64,000 nt of DNA from Spirochaetia bacterium (GTDB taxonomy: Bacteria > Spirochaetota > Spirochaetia > DSM-2461), in NCBI GenBank assembly GCA_963666985.2, contig CAXXIA010000002.1, positions 288,001-352,000 of the forward strand, read 5' to 3'. The notes beneath the pieces were generated by a model. That model did no database searches, was not told the origin of the DNA, and saw nothing but the letters and a program-made list of their open reading frames with translations. Shown piece after piece: positions 58,303-64,000 of the stretch (the first letter of the stretch is position 1; each line of letters begins with the position of its first letter). Position numbers and translations under genes: made by a program.

Positions 58303-59202
58303 ATGGAATTGAGAATCGAAGTTAAGGACATCATGACCAATAAAAGCCGGTTTTATTCCTTCAACACGAAATCCATTTCCATCGGCAGAAATCCCTTAAG
58401 TGATATTTCGCTTAAGAATAAATACATCTCCGACCGTCATCTCACGCTTCATTGCGAGAAGGATGCTCTGTACGCAAAGGATGAGAACTCCTCGAACGGA
58501 ACGGAATACTATAATCACTATGACTGGATTCCCTTAACGGGACGCCGAAAAAAGCTTCCCCTTCCAACTCAGCTGAAACTCGCCGAAGCCGTGGTTGTAA
58601 CAATCCAATCGGGGGAATCCCGGATTATGTCCCTCACGGACATCGAACACGACGTGGCCCTGATGGTCCTGGATCTCTGCGGATCGACGGGTCAATCGGC
58701 GAACGACGAACAGATCGCTTATCACCTTAAGCAGCGTTTGAACTTAATCGCCAAACCGATCCTCTTCAAAGCGCCGGTTCTCTTCTACAAAAATACGGGA
58801 GACGGATTTCTGGCAACCTTCGCTCGGTCCACTCAGGCCGTCAACGCCTCCATAAGGATTCTTAAGGAGCTGAAGAAGCGGAACCGCCGGACCAATAATC
58901 CGCCCATCAATGTGAGAATAGGTCTTCATCAAGGACGAACTTACATCATCGATCCGGCAACCGAAGACATCCATGGCGTGGATATCAACATCACGTTCCG
59001 AATCGAGGGCCTGAAAAACGCGGCATTCGGCCATGTTTCTCAAAAAATCGATGAGAAAAATCGGATTTTAGCTTCCGAAGATTTCTATCTGGATTATATG
59101 AAACGATCGCGCCGAAAAAAGGAAATCTTCCAATACCACGGATCGGCGAAGCTGAAGGGCATCAAGGACCGCAAGAAAATTTATCGAATCGATTGGGAGT
59201 AA
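58303..59202 (+). CDS. FHA domain + class III adenylate cyclase
   Basis: FHA: IGR..., ISDRH, SSNGT. Cyclase: LDLCGST, KNTGDG, RIGLH, DIHGVDINITFRIE, LKG. Confidence 0.85.
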   Translation: MELRIEVKDIMTNKSRFYSFNTKSISIGRNPLSDISLKNKYISDRHLTLHCEKDALYAKDENSSNGTEYYNHYDWIPLTGRRKKLPLPTQLKLAEAVVVTIQSGESRIMSLTDIEHDVALMVLDLCGSTGQSANDEQIAYHLKQRLNLIAKPILFKAPVLFYKNTGDGFLATFARSTQAVNASIRILKELKKRNRRTNNPPINVRIGLHQGRTYIIDPATEDIHGVDINITFRIEGLKNAAFGHVSQKIDEKNRILASEDFYLDYMKRSRRKKEIFQYHGSAKLKGIKDRKKIYRIDWE

Positions 59203-59413
59203 TGGTTTAATTCCCGTCTATTTTATCATGATACGCATCAACTGCGGCGTGTTTTCATGAATGACTTCCGAAGTCTCAATCAGGCGGCGGCGATTTTTAT
59301 CCTCTGCGGCCGGTATCGGCGGAATCCCACAAATGGTTGAGAGAAGGCTTCAAACGGAAGCTTCGAGATCCAATTAAATAATCTCACCGCATATTAGGCC
59401 GATAACTAAAAGT

Positions 59414-60040
59414 ATGAAACTGAAGTATAACGCTCCGACGACGCTCACGTTCGCTCTGGCGGCGGCGATCGTACTGTTGGTCGATCAATACCTGATGCCG
59501 GGAGTCATCGAGGCCCTTTTTACCGCGGAAGGCTCCACGACGTTCCATTACGACGATATTCCCTCATACGTGAGAATGCTGACCCATGTGTTCGGTCATG
59601 CCGGGTGGGATCATCTGCTCTCCAACCTGACTTTGATTCTGCTTTTGGGGCCCATTCTGGAAGAAAAGTTCGGATCCAAACAGGTCGCCTGGATGATGGT
59701 GATGACCGCCCTGATCAACGGGCTGGTGAACGCCCTCTTCTTCGAATCATCATTGATGGGTTCCAGCGGAATCGCGTTCATGATGATCCTGCTGGTGAGT
59801 TTCGCCAATATCAGGGCCGGAGAATTCCCGCTGTCGGCGCTCCTGGTGGTGGGTCTTTATCTGGCGAAGGAAGTCCTGACCATTTTCAGATCCGATGATA
59901 TTTCCCAGATGTCGCATATCATCGGCGCGGCCTGCGGCGCGGTCTTCGGATTCGCCCGGACCGTCGCGGCCCGTAAATCCGTTCCGAACGGAGCGCCTCC
60001 CATGCCCGCCGGCGGCGGGGGACGAACCATCGCCGGATAA
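59414..60040 (+). CDS. Rhomboid family intramembrane serine protease
   Basis: H...H...HLLSN, GSSG, SHIIGA; multiple TM helices. Confidence 0.85.
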   Translation: MKLKYNAPTTLTFALAAAIVLLVDQYLMPGVIEALFTAEGSTTFHYDDIPSYVRMLTHVFGHAGWDHLLSNLTLILLLGPILEEKFGSKQVAWMMVMTALINGLVNALFFESSLMGSSGIAFMMILLVSFANIRAGEFPLSALLVVGLYLAKEVLTIFRSDDISQMSHIIGAACGAVFGFARTVAARKSVPNGAPPMPAGGGGRTIAG

Positions 60041-60140
60041 CGCCCCTTCCACGCCGCCGATTTTTGCTATACCCTTCCACCAGATTAAAATCCCCGCCTT
60101 ATTTTTCTCCGCGGCGGGTTCAGACCAACGGATAGGACTC

Positions 60141-61220
60141 ATGACCGACACAACTCTTATCGAAAAGCGCCTAAAATCCATCGAATCCCGCTATAAAGAA
60201 CTCCAGGAAGCCATCGCCGATCCGAATTTACCGAAAGATCCCAAGGCCTATAAAGAAACGATGCAGGAATACGGTCATCTTGAAGAGACCATGTCCCTCT
60301 ACCAAAACTTTCGGTCCAAAAAGCAGGAATTACTGGACGCCAGGGAAATGGCCGAAGCCGAGTCCGATCCCGAATTAAAGGAGATGGCCGCCGAAGAGAT
60401 TGAACCTCTGGAAGAAGAGCTGGAGACGCTCATCGGACGGCTCAAAGTGCTCCTGGTTCCCCGCGATCCGCTGGACGGCAAAGACATCATCGTGGAAATC
60501 AGGGCCGGTACCGGCGGGGATGAAGCCAGCCTCTTCGCCGCCGACCTCTATCGCATGTACGGCCGTTACGCCGAAGAACGCCTATGGAAAGTGGAGATGA
60601 TGGAGTCTTCCGAAACCGAGGCCGGAGGATTCAAGGAAGTCATTTTTTCGGTGAACGGGAAAAGCGTCTACGGAAACCTGCGCTACGAATCCGGCGTGCA
60701 CCGGGTTCAGCGGGTGCCTGTTACAGAAAGTCAGGGCCGCATTCATACCTCGGCCGTTACCGTGGCGGTTTTGCCCGAGGCCGAGGAAACCGATATCGAA
60801 ATCAAGGAAGGCGACGTGAAGGTGGACGTCTACCGATCCAGCGGTCCGGGCGGCCAGAGCGTTAATACAACCGACTCGGCGGTACGGCTCACCCATCTGC
60901 CGACCGGCTTGGTGGTGATCTGTCAGGATGAAAAAAGCCAGATAAAAAACAAGGCCAAAGCCTTCCGCGTTCTGCGCTCGCGTCTGTACGATCTGGAAGA
61001 ATCCAAGAAGCAGGCCGAACGGGCCGCGGCCCGCAAGAGTCAAGTCGGCAGCGGCGACCGCTCCGAACGCATCCGCACTTATAACTTCCCCCAAAACCGA
61101 GTAACCGATCACCGCATCAATTTAACCCTCTATAAACTGGACCAAGTCATACAGGGGGAACTGACCGAACTGATTGATGCGCTGAAAGTTTCGGCGCTGG
61201 AAGACGCGCTGAAGAGCTGA
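60141..61220 (+). CDS. prfA: Peptide chain release factor 1
   Basis: PVT specificity loop (RVPVTESQG), GGQ, RTYNFPQ. Confidence 0.97.
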   Translation: MTDTTLIEKRLKSIESRYKELQEAIADPNLPKDPKAYKETMQEYGHLEETMSLYQNFRSKKQELLDAREMAEAESDPELKEMAAEEIEPLEEELETLIGRLKVLLVPRDPLDGKDIIVEIRAGTGGDEASLFAADLYRMYGRYAEERLWKVEMMESSETEAGGFKEVIFSVNGKSVYGNLRYESGVHRVQRVPVTESQGRIHTSAVTVAVLPEAEETDIEIKEGDVKVDVYRSSGPGGQSVNTTDSAVRLTHLPTGLVVICQDEKSQIKNKAKAFRVLRSRLYDLEESKKQAERAAARKSQVGSGDRSERIRTYNFPQNRVTDHRINLTLYKLDQVIQGELTELIDALKVSALEDALKS

Positions 61221-61247
61221 AGAGCTGAAGAGCTGAAGAGCTGAAGA
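61208..61247 (+). repeat. (GCTGAAGA)5 tandem repeat spanning the prfA stop
   Basis: Five perfect 8-bp copies. Confidence 0.95.
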
Positions 61248-61304
61248 TATTCTACAGACAAGAAAGTTTTCTAAGAAGCTTAGATAAACCTGACAAAGTT
61301 TCTT

Positions 61305-61336
61305 TATGCGAATTGCATCATTATGCAATTCGCATA
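61305..61336. promoter_or_regulatory. Perfect 14-bp inverted repeat, candidate operator or enhancer
   Basis: TATGCGAATTGCAT-catt-ATGCAATTCGCATA. Confidence 0.55.
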
Positions 61337-61438
61337 TACTGTGAACAAGCAGGATTAAAGATCACTCACTTTCTTATTTAATACATATTTCGTTCTGGAA
61401 TAATGATTTAGATATTCAACATCTAAATATTACAAAAT

Positions 61439-61453
61439 TGGTACACATTATGC
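61439..61453 (+). promoter_or_regulatory. Candidate sigma54 -24/-12 promoter
   Basis: TGGTAC-ACATT-ATGC gives GG-N10-GC spacing, 45 nt before the ATG. Confidence 0.45.
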
Positions 61454-61498
61454 TGATATAGACGATATTGGAGGAGAAAATCCTCCGGGAGGTCTGTC

Positions 61499-63541
61499 AT
61501 GATGAATAGCAAAATAAAAATTCATGTTCTCATATCCACAATAATAATTACGGCCCTTGTTATAGGATGTAGCGGCACAGGCAATGGTGGCGGGACTCTT
61601 TCAGAATCTTCCAAAACCAAAATTCCGGTTATCAGCCCCGTAACGGGAGAAATCACCAATCACACTGAAATCTCCATCAGCGCTGAAGATGGAGCTGTTA
61701 TTTACTATACCACCGATGGAACCGTACCCACATCCGGATCGAACGAATATACCGGAACCTTCACGCTTCCGGCCGATACTGTAAGCCAAACAGTCATGGC
61801 TATAGCCATCCTCGACGGCCTTTCCGTTTCTGAAACAGTCTCTACGGACTATCTCGTTTATGAAAGCGCCGCATCGGTAGCATTCTCCGCCGCTTCCGGC
61901 GCGTTACCGGACAATACGGAAATCGTTCTTTCTTCGGTTACGGAAAATGCCGTCATTTATTATACCATTGACGGCGGCGATCCAACGGAAGAAACTCCTC
62001 TGACATACTCAGCGCCCTTCACAATGGCCTCACTCCTCGCTGAGAGTCTGACAATTAAAGCCTACGCATCGGCGGATGGTATCATCAACAGTCCCGTCAC
62101 CTCCGTTGAATACGCGAAAGCCGTGGCCGAAATCCCCGTTTCCGACCGGTTGGACGGCGAGAGCATCTCAGATACCATGACCGTCAGTCTTACCACCGGC
62201 ACCGAAAACGCGAGCATCTACTACAGCCTCGACGGCTCGGAACCAAGTAACTCGTCTGCGCTCTATACGGCACCATTTACGCTTTCTTTGGGAAGCGTTA
62301 TCGTCAAAGCCGTAGCCATCCTCGACGGCTACACAAACTCCGAAATCACCACCATAAACCTTAAAGTAGATACTCAGGCCGAAGTTCCGGTAATCGTCGG
62401 AGACTCAGGTTTTATCCATTCAGGCGCTACAGTCACGCTCTCCACGAGCAGCTCCGAAACCATCTATTACACTCTCGATGGATCAAATCCGGAAATCTCG
62501 GGCATTGAATACACAGGAGCCATCACGATCAATCAATCCCTAACGCTCCGGGCTTATGCGGCAGGTAACGGCTACTATCCCTCGAATGAAGCCGTCGCCG
62601 AGTATACCGTCTATGAAACACTTGACGGTCTTGCACCCGATACATCGGCCCTCGCAGCCATTGCTTCCAACGGCTCCGTGGCGGTTCGTTCCGGGGGAGA
62701 CTATTACATGTTGGATTCCGGTTCCTTCGGTAGACTGTCATTGACTATAAGTGAGCCCTCCGACAAGGTACTGGACTTCGTCCTTGATGATTCCGGCGTC
62801 ATCACAGCTCTTTATCTGGATGGTAGCAATATAATCTATTGGACCTCTTCCTCCGGTACTATAGCCACGGTAAACACTACCGCCGTTTCCCTGGCGGACG
62901 CTTGTATTCTGATAGATTCGAACGGCAATACACGGATTGTCTTTGCTCAATACTACGATGAAAACTTCGATGAAGTGGTGGAAGCCGTCTACAATACAAG
63001 CGGCTCCCTCGACCGTGCTTCCTCCTACGTACTTAATAATCGGGCCCGCGGCCTGGATGCCGCGCTGGATTCTACGGGCATGCTTGCGATAGCGGCATCC
63101 AACGATAAAAACGACTATTATGAAACCATTGTCATCGCGTGGAATGAGAATACCTCCGGATGGGATACCCTGAAAGGCTGGACCAATAAAAGCGGAAATC
63201 CCGCCCTGGCCGTTCGTAGTGACGACAGCCTGATTTTGGCCTATGTTAATCCGGTCAATACCAACACAACCCGCTTCAACGTATTCGACATCACCGCTGC
63301 CGCCGCCTTAGTCTCAAACATCAGCATAGACACCATAATCGACGGTGACACAAACATCGTCCTTGACGATGAGGAAAACATTTATGTTGCCACCCATGGT
63401 TACGGATGGATTATCGAAGACGGATCCGAGACCGCTTTACAAATGGGGAATGCCCCTTACCGGCTCCTCTCCGATTCTTCGAATCAAACGGATATCTATG
63501 TTCTGGCCGCCGCCGATTTAACCTTGTACGCCATAGATTAA
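61499..63541 (+). CDS. Surface lipoprotein with four chitobiase/beta-hexosaminidase C-terminal (Fn3-associated) repeats and a beta-rich C-terminal domain
   Basis: Lipobox VIGC; four IYY(T/S)xDG..P...Y repeats; GGAGG SD. Confidence 0.8.
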   Translation: MMNSKIKIHVLISTIIITALVIGCSGTGNGGGTLSESSKTKIPVISPVTGEITNHTEISISAEDGAVIYYTTDGTVPTSGSNEYTGTFTLPADTVSQTVMAIAILDGLSVSETVSTDYLVYESAASVAFSAASGALPDNTEIVLSSVTENAVIYYTIDGGDPTEETPLTYSAPFTMASLLAESLTIKAYASADGIINSPVTSVEYAKAVAEIPVSDRLDGESISDTMTVSLTTGTENASIYYSLDGSEPSNSSALYTAPFTLSLGSVIVKAVAILDGYTNSEITTINLKVDTQAEVPVIVGDSGFIHSGATVTLSTSSSETIYYTLDGSNPEISGIEYTGAITINQSLTLRAYAAGNGYYPSNEAVAEYTVYETLDGLAPDTSALAAIASNGSVAVRSGGDYYMLDSGSFGRLSLTISEPSDKVLDFVLDDSGVITALYLDGSNIIYWTSSSGTIATVNTTAVSLADACILIDSNGNTRIVFAQYYDENFDEVVEAVYNTSGSLDRASSYVLNNRARGLDAALDSTGMLAIAASNDKNDYYETIVIAWNENTSGWDTLKGWTNKSGNPALAVRSDDSLILAYVNPVNTNTTRFNVFDITAAAALVSNISIDTIIDGDTNIVLDDEENIYVATHGYGWIIEDGSETALQMGNAPYRLLSDSSNQTDIYVLAAADLTLYAID

Positions 63542-63567
63542 TCACAGCTTTGTATGCCATTCATATC

Positions 63568-63600
63568 ATCGGGAGGCCTTAGGGTCTCCCGATTTTTATT
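63568..63600 (+). terminator. Intrinsic terminator
   Basis: ATCGGGAGGCC-ttag-GGTCTCCCGAT followed by TTTTATT. Confidence 0.8.
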
Positions 63601-63676
63601 AGAACGGAATACAAAAACTCCCGAAGGACGTATAATAAGAACTCAGTAACCCGAGAGGACCTCAAATAACCGATCT

Positions 63677-64000
63677 ATGGCATTAAATGCGCCCGACCCA
63701 TCACAGGAATCGCTCTCAATCGGCCTATCCCGTCTGAACGCCCTCCGCACATCCGATCCAGGATTCTACATGCTGGCCCTTCATTCCTTCATCGAATCCC
63801 GTGCCTCGGTGAACCCCGAAGCGACACGGGAAATGACCTTCCGTGAAATCCTGCATACCTGGTTCCGCGATCATAAAGAGACCTTCCCCGGACTCAAGAC
63901 CGCATCAGAGGCTCAAGAGGCGGAGAGCGTATCATCCGGCGGCCCGGAACAAACCGCCGCACAAAAAGACACACCCGGCGCCGCATCGAAGGCGGGCGCC
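63677..64000 (+). CDS. Hypothetical protein, 3'-truncated
   Basis: ATG 63677 opens MALNAPDPSQESLSIGLSRLNALRTSDPGFYMLALHSFIE..., with no stop before the window end; TATAAT at 63631. Confidence 0.6.
   Translation, partial: MALNAPDPSQESLSIGLSRLNALRTSDPGFYMLALHSFIESRASVNPEATREMTFREILHTWFRDHKETFPGLKTASEAQEAESVSSGGPEQTAAQKDTPGAASKAGA

Overview
A 64-kb chromosomal segment with dense housekeeping genes, most likely from a free-living spirochaete (class Spirochaetia). This is inferred from the FapA/DUF342 protein, Maf paralogues, spirochaete-type SH3 and TPR lipoproteins, the X-clade Pfk and a groEL without groES. Recognisable genes include yajC-secD-secF, groEL, birA, argR-C-B-D-G, buk, cls, a GH2 beta-galactosidase, pgi, pfkA, galE, cysK-metY, gpgS, tsaC, an ftsB-like gene, mltD, an ABC-F ATPase, xth and prfA. 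I saw no rRNA, tRNA, CRISPR array, transposase or integrase. The most notable observations are: (1) a secreted subclass B1 metallo-beta-lactamase with all six zinc ligands; (2) an 835-aa, extremely acidic protein with a PopZ/FimV-like layout, heading an operon with a GAF-like protein and two Maf genes; (3) a catalytically degenerate M20 peptidase overlapping gpgS; (4) many genes whose start codon lies 6-9 nt after a -10 box with no Shine-Dalgarno, i.e. apparent leaderless mRNAs, including argR under tandem ARG boxes; (5) recurrent GC-rich in-frame insertions in conserved enzymes, including about 100 aa inside the beta-galactosidase catalytic barrel; (6) a TPR/GT2/acyltransferase glycolipid or carotenoid tailoring cluster; (7) a candidate sigma54 promoter with an upstream palindrome before a large surface lipoprotein. 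All assignments come from reading motifs by eye; no searches were run.
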